64,000 nucleotides of DNA from the NCBI GenBank assembly GCA_039545335.1, contig BCIN01000006.1:62001-126000 (forward strand), written 5' to 3'. The notes under the pieces were generated by a model. It was not told where the DNA came from and made no database searches. It was given only the letters and a program-made list of their open reading frames with translations. Origin of the DNA: Kondoa subrosea (Eukaryota). This document shows, piece by piece, positions 24,222 to 40,955 of the stretch; within the stretch, counting starts at the first letter, position 1, and every line of letters starts with the position of its first letter. The translations under genes and the position numbers were made by a program.

Positions 24222-26604
24222 ATGATCTCATTCGGTCTTGTGCTTTTGGCAAGTCTAGCAACTGCAACGCCTCTGGTATCAAGAGAGCAAACTATGGACT
24301 ACAATCAAGCTCCTCCGAACCTATCTACTCTACCTGCCAAATCGCTCTTTACCAAATGGCGACCTAAAGCGCACTTTCTTGCTCCCTCAGGTCATGTGGT
24401 CCGCACTGTTCTTCTAATCAGATTGAAACAATCTTACAATCACAATAGGGCGATCCAATGGGAGCTTTCGTTGATCCTTCGACCGGTTTATTCCACCAAG
24501 GTTATCTCTATACTCCTTTCAACCAAACTTCAGGCAATTCAGCAGCAGCAGCAACCACTTCCAATCTAGTGACTTGGAAAGATATTTCTTCCCCAGATCC
24601 AGCATTCATCAAATCAGGCGGTATCAATGATCCATTGGCAGTTTTCGACGGAACAGTCATTCCAAAAGGTTACGCTGGTTTACCTACATTAATCTATACG
24701 GCCGTTTCTTTCTTACCTATTTCTTGGACTTTACCTTATATTCCTGGATCAGAAGCTCAAGCAATAGCGGTATCGAGTGATAATGGAAAGAACTTCACGA
24801 AATTGGAAGGAGGTCCTGTTTTACCTTCTGCACCTTTTGGATTGGATGTAACTGGTTGGAGGGATCCTTATGTTTTCCAAAATAGTCAATTCGATAAATT
24901 GTTGAACAGTTCAGAGGGTGTTTGGTATGGTAAGTTTCTTCCTCTTTCCTTTTCTTTACCTGTATGTCGAAATCTGAAATTGCGTTGATTGCAGCAAGTG
25001 TTAGTGGAGGAGTACATGATGTCGGACCCAGTCTCTTCTTGTATCGACAATATGATGCGAATTTCACTACATGGGAATACTTGGGTGAGTTGGTATCAGT
25101 CTTTGAAAACTCAAGAAGCTGATTTGTGAATTAGGTCAATGGTGGAAAGAATCAGGTATAGTACATCTTCTACTGGCTCGTTGATGATCTGATCATTTTT
25201 ACAGCCAATTCTACATGGGGAGATGGAATTTGGGCTGGAAGATGGGGATTCGTAAGCCCTACCCGTTTTGGCTATCTTCTCACAATATGCTGAGACGTAA
25301 ATCAAGAACTTTGAAGTTGACAATGTCTTTGGCTTGACCGACGAAGGCGATAGTGAAGATGGAACACTCTTTACGTAAGTCATTTCCCCGATATCTGGCT
25401 ACCTAGGACTGAGTGAAGCACAGCCTCGTTGGCACAGAAGGAGGCGGATATGGCTATCCTGGAGGTCGTGCTCAACTTTGGGCATCAGGCGATTTGGTCA
25501 CAACAAGCAATTCTTCTGATCCGATCAATTTCGAAGTCAATATGGCAGGTATACTAGATTGGGGCAAAAGCGCTTACGCGGCAGCTGGGAAACTTGTTCC
25601 TTCTTCTTCTGAAGCATCAAAAGCTAGTGGTGCTCCAGATCGATATATCGCTGCTCAGTGGATTACTGAGGACTTCTTTGGATCTAATCCATTCCCTAGT
25701 AAGAGAAATTTTGACGAGTACTACAACGGAATCTGAGAGTGATCTTAGTTGAACAACAAGGCTGGGACGGTCAATTAACTTTACCGAGAGAGTACACCCG
25801 CAAGATAATCTATAATGTGGTCAACAATGAAGCGGTGCAAGAAAAAGGCTCATGGCGTATTATTTCCCAAGACAACGATACAAACACGGTCGATATAATC
25901 ACTCTCGGTCAAGTTCCAGCAAGAGAAGTGGTCGCTGCTTTGATCAATACAACAGCGGTATATGAAGAAGATCGTACCATCAACAGCACGGATCAAGCTA
26001 TTGTACCGTTGTCGAATCAAGTCAAGTCAAATACTTTCATGCTCTTTGCTTCTCTTTCATTTCCTTCTGAAGCTCGCGATTCGGAAGATTTGAAAGCTGG
26101 ATTCCGTATTTTGAGCTCGCAATATGAATCGACTACAATCTATTACCGCGAGTCTTCTTTCCCAGTATTTGATTCATAGATCCGCTCATCTCCGCTTCCC
26201 GATGATAGAGTTCAGCAACGAATCTCTCATAGTTGACCGAAGCAATTCAAGTGCCGCTGCATTAACAACTAAAGGTTTCGATACTCGTAATGAAGCTGGT
26301 CGATTACGCTTATGGAATATACATCATGATGGCTATGTGGCGATGGAAACACTGGATCTTAAGATCGTAGTGGATCATTCAGTTGTGGAAATATACGCAA
26401 ACGATCGATTCGTTCTTTCTACACTTGTTTTGTGCGGTCTTTTCTACGTAGGATAGGATCCTGCTCATATGCTTCCTGTTTAGCCCTTGGTATGAAAGCT
26501 CAAAAGGCATCGAGTATTTCCATGAAGGATCGATTGACGTCAAATTCAGCAATGTAACGATTCATGAAGGATTATTCGACGCTTGGCCAGAACGCGAGCG
26601 ATGA
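24222..26604 (+). CDS. Secreted GH32 beta-fructofuranosidase (invertase)
   Basis: Signal peptide MISFGLVLLASLATA; WRPKAHF..HV|GDPMG (nucleophile), VFDG, WRDP, NFEV (acid/base); C-terminal beta-sandwich VVDHSVVEIYANDRF; ends AWPERER* at 26604. Confidence 0.92.
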
Positions 26605-26866
26605 GTCGTCGATCAAGCGAGTGTATGTAAAATCCATTGTCAAATAGATCTACAGTGCAGACCATATATGCCTATTTGCGAAAATACAAATCATCATCCA
26701 CTTCTAATCCTTGCGGTTTCTCTCTTCTCCACCCGGACAATAGCATCATTTCTGCTTTTCTTGATTCTTGGTTCAATTTTTTTCTCTTTGCGCTTATCAA
26801 GCGAATTGTATCCTTCGCGGATAGACTGAGGGTAAATCTCTGGCTTCTAGTTCTCAAAGGTATGCT

Positions 26867-27028
26867 TCGTACAGAGGGTATTTTTCGTACAGGATATATT
26901 TCGCACAAATTAGGTATATCTTCGCACAGATTAGAGGCATCTTTCGCACAGAAGAGGGGAATAATGTTTTTCTCGTACAGAAAAGGATATATCTCGTATA
27001 GAAGAGGTATCTTTTCGGCACAAATGGG
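26867..27028. repeat. Degenerate tandem array of about 8 units (16-29 nt) with core TCG(C/T)ACA(G/A)...AGG.(T)AT
   Basis: Units: tcgtacagagggtattt, tcgtacaggatatatt, tcgcacaaattaggtatatct, tcgcacagattagaggcatctt, tcgcacagaagaggggaataatg.., tcgtacagaaaaggatatatc, tcgtatagaagaggtatcttt, tcggcacaaatggg. Confidence 0.8.
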
Positions 27029-27729
27029 TAGAAGAAGAAGAGAAGGTTGAGTACAGGAAGAAGAGAAGAGAACAAAAGAAACGTTTCGCTGTTTTGTGCT
27101 CAAGATGGCTTATAAATCAATTTGGACCGGCGCAAATGCAATCAGACTAGCACTGGCAGCTGACTTTGCGCATCGTGATGTATACGAGACTCTCATTGGA
27201 AGGTCAATACTGTAAGTTGAGCGTCCAGACAAACAGCATCAGGTTTGTATTTCGCGCGCGCAAAGCAGGGAGGATGTAGCTTTTCTCCGAGACACGTTAT
27301 AAGGTTCACGTCTGGCAAGCAAATGCAGAGGCAGGATAAGGAAGTAGAGAAATGGAAAGAAAGCAGTCGCAAATTCGTAAAATACGTCCTTAAAGGATGA
27401 AATTCGGCTCGAGCAGAACGAAAAAAAGCAACCCAAAGTCCACGGGTACAGAGGACAATAGAAGGGACAAGCAATAGCAGTCGTGCACGAGCGCGAAATT
27501 GTGTTTTAGAGATCTGTGACCGAAACACGTATACGCCAAACAATGGCAAATGACAACTCGTAAGCGCCTCTTTTACAGCGGAATAGCAGCAGCAGCGTGG
27601 AGAGATAGATGCACAGGGTAGCATCAACGCCTTCACACGAGACCGTATGACAGTTTGAGAGCAAGCTCTGGCTTCCACCAGTACCGCGACCATATCTTGT
27701 GTTTGCCTCCCCTTTAACAGAGCTGTAAC

Positions 27730-30700
27730 ATGGATCAGCAGCTCATCAAGGTCAGCTCAGCCTCTAGCTATGATAATTGAGCGAGTCGCTGACGTTCTTT
27801 GGCTTGCGTTCAGACGGTCAACAGATTGTTCGTGCTCGCTCCTTTCAATCTCACAAGTCTAGCTCTGACAATTTACATACACAGACAAGATGCCTTCGCT
27901 TCTGTTGGATTGTCATCTACTTCAGCAGTCGACTTGCCTCAAATAGCGGTTATCGGGTCTCAATCTTCAGGCAAATCATCAGTTCTAGAGGTATGTCTAT
28001 CGTCTCATACTCGGCTGCAACAGCTTCTGATAGATGTGTCGACCACAGAACATTGTTGGCAGGGATTTCTTACCTAGAGGAACTGGAATCGTCACGCGTA
28101 GACCTTTGATTCTGCAATTGATCAATAGGCCTGCCACTTCCAAGCCAGCTGACACGAATGGTACAAAGGAGGAACAGCCGGGTGAGCAAACATAACTTGA
28201 AGAGGAGGAGATCAAGTGATTAATATAATCGTCAGACGAAACGAAACCTACTGCTTCAGACAAGGGCATAAATCAAGATGAATGGGGAGAGTTTTTGCAT
28301 AAGGTCAGGCTGAAGCAGATCTATTCAGCTGGTGCTGATATCGATGTCTTTTGGCATGACAGCCTGGAGAGAAATTCTATGACTTTAACAAGATTCGTGA
28401 CGAAATTGTAGCTGATACGGAAGCAAAGACTGGGAAGTGAGTCTTCCTCTCAGAACTGAGCCATGACTCCTCGCTGATGTAAATTGCAGGAATGCTGGTA
28501 TGCAAAGCACTGAATGTCTCGATATTTCAGTCGCTTAGATTGGGTATAGGCATTTCACCTTTACCTATCAACCTTCGAATCTTTAGTCCGAAAGTTCTCA
28601 CGCTCACGATGGTCGATCTCCCTGGTCTGACGAAGGTGATCAAGGATGTTGCATTATTCAGATACGTGTCTGATATGTACTGCGTTTTCTTGACCACAGG
28701 TACCAGTCGGGGACCAGGTCAGTGGAAGTTGTTAAAGATAAGCGTAACGCTTATCCTTACAGCGTCCCCTTGACAGCCCAAAGATATTGAACGCCAAATT
28801 CGAGATATGCTCATGAAATTCATTACCAAACCCAATTCTATAATTCTAGCAGTAACAGCAGCGAATCAAGATTTAGCTAATTCTGATGGGTTGAAGATGG
28901 CTAGAGAAGTAGATCCAGACGGTGCAAGAACGATCGGAGTATTGACCAAAGTTGATCTGATGTTCGTGCTGGAACACTCCCTTCAGTTTATAGCTGATGG
29001 ACTGATCTTGTGTGTGTGAACAGGGATCAAGGAACAGACGTTGTGGATATCTTAGCTGGCCGAATCATTCCTCTTCGATTAGGTTATGTTCCAGTTGTGA
29101 ACCGAGGTCAAAGAGATATTGAGCAGAAGAAGGCGATTTCAGCTGCTTTGGATAACGAGAGGGAATATTTCGAGAACCATGCTGCTTATAGAACGAAGAG
29201 CCAATATTGCGGAACACCTTTTTTGGCTAGGAAGTTGAACATGGTCAGTTAATGACGAGATTGTTTTGGCTTTACGCTAATGCTTTTCTCTTCTGACCTG
29301 ACAGATTCTTATGCACCATATTCGAAACACTTTACCTGATATCAAGCAGAAGATTCAGCAATCACTCATCAAATACCAGACGGAACTGAACTCGCTTGGA
29401 GGACCAATGGGAGAAGGAAGCAGTGTCAGTCCTCATATCTATCGGACGATTGGCTGTCTGATAACTTCAAGGGTCGACAGGGCAATGTAATACTGCAAAT
29501 TATCACCGAGTTCTGCACAGAATTCAGGACCTCAATAGACGGAAACAGTCAGGATCTATCTCTCAACGAACTATCAGGAGGAGCTCGTATCTCTTTCGTC
29601 TTCCATGAACTTTTCTCCAACGGAGTGAAATCGCTTGATCCATTCGACGAAGTCAAAGACACGGAAATCCGAAACATTCTTTACAATTCTTCTGGATCGA
29701 GTCCTGCACTCTTCGTTGGCACTACTGCATTCGAAGTCATCATCAAGAAACAGATCAAGAGATTGGAAGATCCTTCACTGAAATGCTGTGCTTTGGTTTA
29801 TGATGAGCTTGTGCGAATCCTGACCCAATTGTTGCAAAAGAATGTGAGTGGATCATCAGAGCTTGCAATACTCTTGCTAAGCTCAGCCGCTTCTTTTACA
29901 GCAATCCTTCAAGCGATATCCCGCGCTCAAAGAAAGGTTCTACTCTACTGTCATTGCTTTCTACAAGAAGTCTATGAACCCAACAAACAAGCTTGTACAA
30001 GATCTAGTAGCTATGGAAGCAGGATATGTCAATACTGGTCATCCAGACTTCATTTCAGGTCATAAGGTCAGAGCGGTGTGCTGAATTTCTGCATATTGCT
30101 GATTAAAGGCTCCTGCATGACAGGCTATGGCTATTGTGAACCAACGGATAGAAGCTAGCAAACCACCACCTCAAGCGATAGATCCAAAGACTGGTCGACT
30201 TCCACCCGGAGCGATCAACAACAACAAAGATCTCGATGTTGATCTGAAGCAAGAACCTCAGGGCTTCTTTGGGTCATTCTGGCAAGGAGGAAAACAAGGA
30301 CAAGCTGCTAACAAGGCTAAAAATTCCAGAATGGAAGCGGTCGGTGAATTTGTTTCTCAGCAGACTATTTGCTCATGAGGTTGAACTTGCTGACAGCCCC
30401 CTCAAGTACTGAAAGCTTCTGGCCAGCTTTCAGAACGGGAACATATGGAAACGGAAGTCATCAAGCTGCTCATATCCTCATGTCAGTGATGGAGCAGAGT
30501 TTGAGTTTTCAAGCTCATATTTCGCTTTCCATTTTTGACAGACTACAACATCACCAAGCGAACAATTATTGATACTGTACCGAAAGCAATTATGCTCAAC
30601 CTAGTGCAGCACTCAAAGGAAGATTTACAGAAAGAGTTGCTCGCTGAACTATATAACCCTCAAGCACTTGATGAGCTGTTGAAGGTGAGAAGATTGTGGC

Positions 30701-30833
30701 CTTATCAGTTCGATACTGATAGCACCTATTTTTGTTCTCACAGGAAAGCGATCAAGTTGTCACACGAAGGAAAGAATGCATCAAGATGGTTCAAGCTCTT
30801 ACAAAGGCGGACGAGATCGTGGCAACTGTATAG
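27730..30833 (+). CDS. VPS1: Dynamin-related GTPase Vps1
   Basis: [73 protein letters not shown] domain ([14 protein letters not shown]); stop TAG 30831-30833. Confidence 0.95.
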
Positions 30834-31130
30834 CGAGCGGGGCAAGTCTTCACTCATCTTCAACTTTTACATTCGCTGACTTCAGCCAATAGAAACGTCG
30901 CCTAGATCATGGTTGTCAGGGCTATGATAGAGTCTGTATAGGCATATAATGCGACCGGTCTTTCTTACTCTCCTGACGATCATTACAAGGAAGAATGGTA
31001 TCCAGACTTAAGGAAGATTGTGACATCTGCGAGGCAGACGCGGACACGGAGCGTAAAGCAAGAAGAGGCAGCCGCTAAGGAAAGGTTTGAGGCGTTTTCA
31101 TTGCATTCGGTAGATCATTTTCAGCTGCTT

Positions 31131-33045
31131 TCATGGCTGAGAATAGTACAAATACAACACCCAAGCAACTACAATCATTGCTACCAATAGACCACTTCCG
31201 ATTGAAGTGACTGATCTCACTGGCTGACGCAAAGGCTTTTCCAACGAAGCACTTCTTCCTTCTTCCTTCCTTGTTCTGTCCTTTTCATTCATCTGTAACA
31301 CTCTGCCAAAGTACTTCCGATCGAGAAGATAGTAGAAGAAGCCATATATGACATCCAAGCTCTGTTCAAAGCTCCATCAAATTTGACTGATGGCCGTGCA
31401 AGATCCCCATACCTTCAGCGCAATAAGAAAATAAAAGACATTCTTGTAGCTATTGACTGCTGTTTGATCTTGAATAGCACCGGTTGAGACATCCATGATG
31501 ACGCTTCCGCAATTATTGAGAGCCTTCCATAACCCAAAAGCTGTTCCGAGATGTTCTTGACGCGGAACGAGAAGCGGTATAGAAGCAATGAAGGGCAAGG
31601 CGTTGAAGGTGAGTGCGACTGAAGAGAGGATGACACTACCAATACTCATCAGATTAATCTGCATTATATTAATAAATCAGGACTTACGGCGCCAAAGCAT
31701 TGACCTGTGTGAAACCCATTAGGCTGTAAATGAGAACCCATAGTGCTGCTGTTGCTGAAATGAAAATGGTCCTTCGTCCAAAGCGATCGAAGAAAGCGCC
31801 TAAGAATGGTGTCAGGACGATGGGAATCACCCCAGACAAGGCTGATGTATAGCCAGCTGTATTGGTATTAGCTAGAGCTTCCACGACCTAGGCTGAGACT
31901 TGCCGACAGCTTCGGTTGTGCCTCTCGTCTGACGAATGACATCTGCAGAAAGACCATTGTACGAACCAACAACACCACTTTGCAGCACCTGAGTGATCGC
32001 AACAATCCAAAAAGCAGCGGGAATAGATGCGAGTGAGAACCAAGAGAATCGATTAGTAACTCTTTCAGTAAGCGCCGTATGATGACCTGTGGGTGTCTGC
32101 ATTGATTGCGGAAGGCGCTTGGAAAAAATCAAGTATGCGACCGAAAGAAGTAAAGTTATAGCTGCCATGATCGAGGAGACCCAAAAAACCATCGGCAAAG
32201 ATCTTGCGCTATCACGTATGGGCACACTTGAAGAGCGAGCTGCTAGACTGAGAGAAGCGTCAAGAGGTCTGCTACACCTTTGTCCTGAGACCTACCTGAC
32301 TATTCTGCCAAAACTGATATCCAATCCGTATACCAAGCCTAGGTGTGAGCCGTAGAACCATTGGGAATAAAGCTTGGATTGAGAGGTCTCAATTGTAGCT
32401 AAGAACGGATTAGGCTTCTGCAAGCCTGCACGCAGCGAACGACACTCACTCGAGCCTATACCCAAAAGCACTTGACCCGCTACTAGGGTTCGATAGCTAG
32501 TAGCTTGAGCTCCACTGGCTGCAACAACAGCGCCCAGCAGGATGAAAACAGAAGAAGCCATTGCGCCGAGTTCTAGCAACATATTAGCTGGATTCAGTAA
32601 TCGCTAGGGTTTAGAACTCTACCAGGTCCGTAATAATCGATTGCCATACCAGAGAACACAGGTATAACGGTGTTGACCAGGTTTTCAGCCGAAGAGATAA
32701 CCCCATATTGGGAATTATTGATTTGCAGCCTACGAACAATAGTAGATTTCAGAGGTGATATAGCAGACGTTGCCCAATTAGATCCAACTGGGAAATTCAT
32801 CAGTACCAGTCTGTAAGAGGCAGAAGGAGCAAACGAGTGAAAAGAAGGACACAAAGCAAAGCAGGCCCTTTATACCGCCATGGGTATCGCTTGACGTAGA
32901 TCTCTTGTTCAGGATTGGGGCTCGCAGGCTCTGAAGGAAGATCATCTTTCTCCTGAGTTCCCTTGCTATTCTGAAGAGCTGGTTCTTGCGCTCCAAAACG
33001 CGATAATTCAGGCAATGTTGAAGTCATTTCCGTGAATAGATTCAT
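31131..33045 (-). CDS. MFS transporter, MFSD1-like
   Basis: PLKSTIVRRLQINNSQYGVISSAENLVNTVIP..GMAIDYYG, FFDRFGRR, GTAFGLWKALNNCG. Start at ATG 33045 or 33027. Confidence 0.85.
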
Positions 33046-33560
33046 ATTATAGGTTAAGACCAAAGAAGGAAAACAAGGGAACGGAAGCAAGCGGATCAGA
33101 TAAAAAAAACGGATAGCCAATCAAACGCAAAAATTGATCGATAACGGAAAGTCAACTGCATTATGGGCTTGGCTTGGAAAGCCTATTGGTCGAGTGGAAA
33201 GAGTAGCATCCTGGACAGACAGTATAACAGCAGCGTGGCGATCAGGGTCTCATTGCGATCCAGTTCAGAGACAAGCAGCAACTGTTCAAAGTGCTGCAAT
33301 CTCAGATCGCAATTTGGGGCAGTATAAACTACAGTTGCTGTCAACCTCGAGCGATGAGCCTTACTTCTCGCTGAAACCTAGATATATGATTACAATACTG
33401 GAGAGCAGGGTTAAACAAAAATGGTCTAGAAACAGCACGAATGGTAATGTCCATCGAGAGGCAAGAACCACTGTAAAGAAGTATTAGCATGCGCCTACAT
33501 ACATGACTTAAAGACCTACTGCAAGACCGAAAGAGGGTTTCCCGCCGGCAAAAACAAGCA

Positions 33561-37258
<3,698 letters not shown>

Positions 37259-37713
37259 GCCCTCTTAACTATGTACTTGTTGTATAAAGGGCTGAGAGGT
37301 ATATATAGGCGCAAGGGTAACGTTTATGGGACAAAGACAGATTCGACGCAAATCGCATGACCTAACCCAAGGCGAGAGCTTGCCGAACGGGAGCGATCTC
37401 CTTAATTATCACTGGATAGCTGTGTCAACCGCAATCGTACTATTGCCCCTCCGAGTCAATGACTTCCGAGCCTTCCTCTGACGTCTGGCTCTGACGCTTT
37501 AACGATTTACACCGCCCGACAATGCTTTCGCTGACTGCCTGACCATGGAGCTATTGTATTGTCGCAGAGTGAGAGGGCGAAGTTCTGGTATCTTGATGCG
37601 TGTATTCAAGCTGGGGGGAATAGATACGAATAGACGATAAAACAAATTTCACCACTTCTATAGCACCATTGGAATTAGATACAGCAGCAGAAGAAAGAAG
37701 ACAGGAGCTAACC

Positions 37714-40658
37714 TTAATCTTCCCACCAGACTTCAGCTGTTTCCGGATGCTTTACATAACAGGTGGAGTCAACTTTACTGCCAGAGCTGTTCTCCATTGA
37801 ACTCTTCTTAGCTTTCTCGTCTTCATTATCCTCTTCATCAGCTATGATAATGACTTCCGGCTGAGGCTTAGCAGGGAAAACAGGTCTTTCAGGTTCAGGT
37901 CTACCAAGCGGAGGATTACTTTGCTGAATAAAAGGAGTTGGATTCAAATCGAATTCCACTTGCACATCTTGCTGTAGCTTGAGTTGTAGTTGTTGACCAT
38001 ATCTCAAAGTAGAAGAGACCAATTCCTGCATCAATACCAGAGTTTCTCGAATACTTGCCCAACTCCCTTCAATGTGAATTGATTCTTCTCTTACGTGTAC
38101 TCTTGCACCAGTCTCTTTCTGAAAGTCTTTTCCTGGCACTTGATTTCTACCTTCAAAATACGTTCAACACGAGCTGGAACTTTCAGCAAACTGGCACATC
38201 GGAATTCAGCTGAACAGAAAATGGAGATATACATGTGTCGCGTACCAAATTCTCTTGCGGTCCTTATCCCGAGGCTGATCAGCGGCCGCCTGTTCAGGCT
38301 GCAGACAGAATTTGTCCGTGACATGTCTGGGAAATCGATAATTGACCCATTCTTGTTTCAAGGAGCGTAAGATCCTCATGAGCGCTTCTTGAATCTTTGA
38401 AAACCTTCCACTGATGTGCAGAACAGCCTTTTCGTCGAGTGTGATTACGCATTGGGTCTCTGATCTGAGAGCTCCAGTTGGTGAGATGAGACCAGATAAA
38501 ATCTGTTGAGACCAGAAAGGAAGTTCGATAGAGCATTGTAATTGTTCGTATTCATCAATCGCTTCTTTAATCTCAGGCCAATCTTGCATCACATGGGTAG
38601 GAAAATCATAGTTAATCTCAGGCGAAGAGGAATCAGAATTGGTCCGAATGAAGTCACGTAAAGCGTATAAGCAAAGACGAATCGAGTAAACAGATCCAGA
38701 GATTGCCATCTTGCGATCTTTGAAGCGAAGTCTGCAACCCAATGGATATGCTACATCCTCTGCAGCTTCCTTGCGTGTGGTTCTGAGCAATCTGTGAACT
38801 GTCAGAGGTAGATGGACTATGCAGAAATGATATGCGGTTTTCGGGAGAGGGAGAGAAATCGTTGGTGGATCAGATGAGTAATGGTCAGTGAGAATGGCTT
38901 GTGGGAAAGTCCAGATCCAGTTGTACTGAATCTTGGTCCACAGTACGTCCAATGCGTTGCGGACGGACTTGCGAGTACCAATTACAGTCAATAAGTCTTT
39001 GTCATCTGTCCAAGTGACAGAGCATCCGGAGCGGCTCTCAAGCTCACGCAATCCCGCCCTTGAGTGGTTGATCAGCATGGATGCAATGACGAAAGGTAAT
39101 TCGAAAGAGCAGGTGCAGCTGATCTCATTCAATCTCGTATTCTTTGGACTGACAGTAGTCGGCGATGCTTTGCTATTGTGATACGAACTAGAGCTTCGAA
39201 GCTGAGCAGGAGGGGAAGAAGACTTGTCCACGTTGTCAGAAGAAATGGATCGACGATCTGGAGACCTGCTGTGCTGGTGCCTGTCTGCATCTTGTTTCGC
39301 GTGCTTGAACTTCTTCGCCCCTAGAGGCAAATCATACTCTTGCTCTAATGCAGAAGGAAGTTTCCACTCGGGCCATGTTCCGCTTTGATGCACCATGAAC
39401 TTGATTTGCTCAAGAACCTCACGAACACTTGCATAAGTACCGACCACCGTGACCATTTCACCATGCACGGCTATGCTCGTATTGGTCTCATTCTGCAAAC
39501 TTTGGATGATCGATCCTCCAATCCCCATAAGTCGACCACGAGCGTTGTAGGGTATAGCAAAGGTGACAGATTGCGGCATTGAAGGTAGCCTAGTAGAAGC
39601 CACGGGCTCTCCCCAATCGGAGCATCCAGACTCGTCTCTTGAGTTGGGCCCAGTCGGAGCAGGAGGCTTCCACGGTCGTAAGCTCGATGAATCATAGATG
39701 TGATCTCGCACCAGAGGGCCGCTGGCATACGTTCAACTCGAATCTGATTTGAAAGGCAAGGGTCTATACGCACTCTGAAGATTGGTGAGAGGCAAGGAGC
39801 TCATTGAAGACCAAGATGCAAAACCGGATAGCAGTCTTGGTGCCGACTAGCAATAATTCCCCTTCATTGATAACCGCAACCTGTTTCAGCTCAGCCCTTC
39901 TAGTCAATTCCACCAAACGAAAGCCCTTCTTCCCAGAGAGCAAAGTTTCGACAGCAACATCATTCTCAGGCATTAAAATTGCGTAGCTGTAATTTCTTGG
40001 ATCTCTGTCTATGATAAGCGGTGAAGGTTGGACGGGCATCTTAGATTGATGCTGAGAGAACATAACATCTCTGAGAATGACGTTGTCTACTTCCAGTTCA
40101 CACAGGTGATTGACATGAGAGCAGAACACACTCACTGGAATACTCTGGCAAAGTATTGGAATCTTTGAAAGAGGGAACATCACAGACCAAATGATTGTCT
40201 TTATACTCAAAGCAATGGTCGAGGACGTCCGAGAAAGCGGCCAGCGCATTACGAAACAAGGACTTCTTTGATGCTTGCAAAATTGCATATTTTGCGCCTG
40301 CAGAACATAGTCAAAGCTGCTCCGTCTCTGTGTCCGCGAGCGTACCATTCTCGTCAGTATTGAAAAAGGCTGCATGCTATTGACAACCTTGAGCATTTAC
40401 AAAATGCTTGAGACGGTCTGACTGACCAATTCACACTCCTCAACTACTTCGGCCAGGAAAGGGAGATCAGACATGAGATCTTCGTCTACTACATCTTCTG
40501 GAAGATAGAGCTTGTAGACGCAAAAGCTAGGTTCAGAAACATGACGAGAGACTTTGGACTTGAGAGGGCAGTCTGCGTTGCTGGAAGTAGACATCTACCG
40601 GCAGAGAAGGAGTCTTGAAAACGTCCGACATCTCCTCATCTTGACTTCTAGCTTCCAT
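37714..40658 (-). CDS. Multi-KH-domain protein (6-7 mostly degenerate KH-like repeats); possible frameshift in the last repeat
   Basis: Canonical KH VTFAIPYNARGRLMGIGGSIIQSLQNETNTSIAV..VTVVGTYASVREVL, a second GxxG (LLSGKKGFRL), and further repeats ending in LxIxG-x3-[VI]RxxL. Start at 40658 or 40594. The reading frame appears to shift near 38160. Confidence 0.7.
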
Positions 40659-40851
40659 AGGCGCGAAGAACAGACTCTCCAATTCAGACAATTGCAAGCA
40701 GTAGCGTGAACAAGCGAGCCAATTCACGCAGCCTTGGATGGTATACACACTTGAGGTGGTATCCTGAGTCCAGTGGTAATGAACAGTCCAAGCTATGGTT
40801 GGTCGGGAGAAAGCACAACCCGACATGAATGACGGAAGGCGCTTCAAGTCC
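40632..40851. repeat. Dispersed direct repeat, copy 1 (upstream region and first codons of the KH gene)
   Basis: Aligns with 49376-49598; the 91-nt core 40734-40824 differs from copy 2 at 11 positions by manual alignment. Confidence 0.9.
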
Positions 40852-40955
40852 GCTGACACTTTGATGGGCACATTTTATAGATAATAATACATTGTACATA
40901 GCATAAACCCGATAACATTGTGACCCTTACGCCTTGCCGTACTTGCTTGCTACCT

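Noticed and set aside
26867..27028. CRISPR-like array
   Set aside because: Eukaryotic context, short degenerate units, no unique spacers of constant length and no cas genes.
26672..27103. 143-aa ORF with LYEIYP/LCEDIP repeats as a RiPP-like precursor
   Set aside because: TTG start, no signal peptide, no regular KR sites, and the repeat drifts between frames.
27193..27693. 166-aa minus-strand ORF upstream of VPS1
   Set aside because: UTR/promoter-like composition, no introns or domain; probably spurious.
40734..40824. tRNA gene or conserved peptide (CAFSRPT..YHW..DTTSS) in the repeat core
   Set aside because: No B-box or cloverleaf. Substitutions are mostly non-synonymous and not codon-periodic, and the frame is not kept through to the MEARS start in copy 2.
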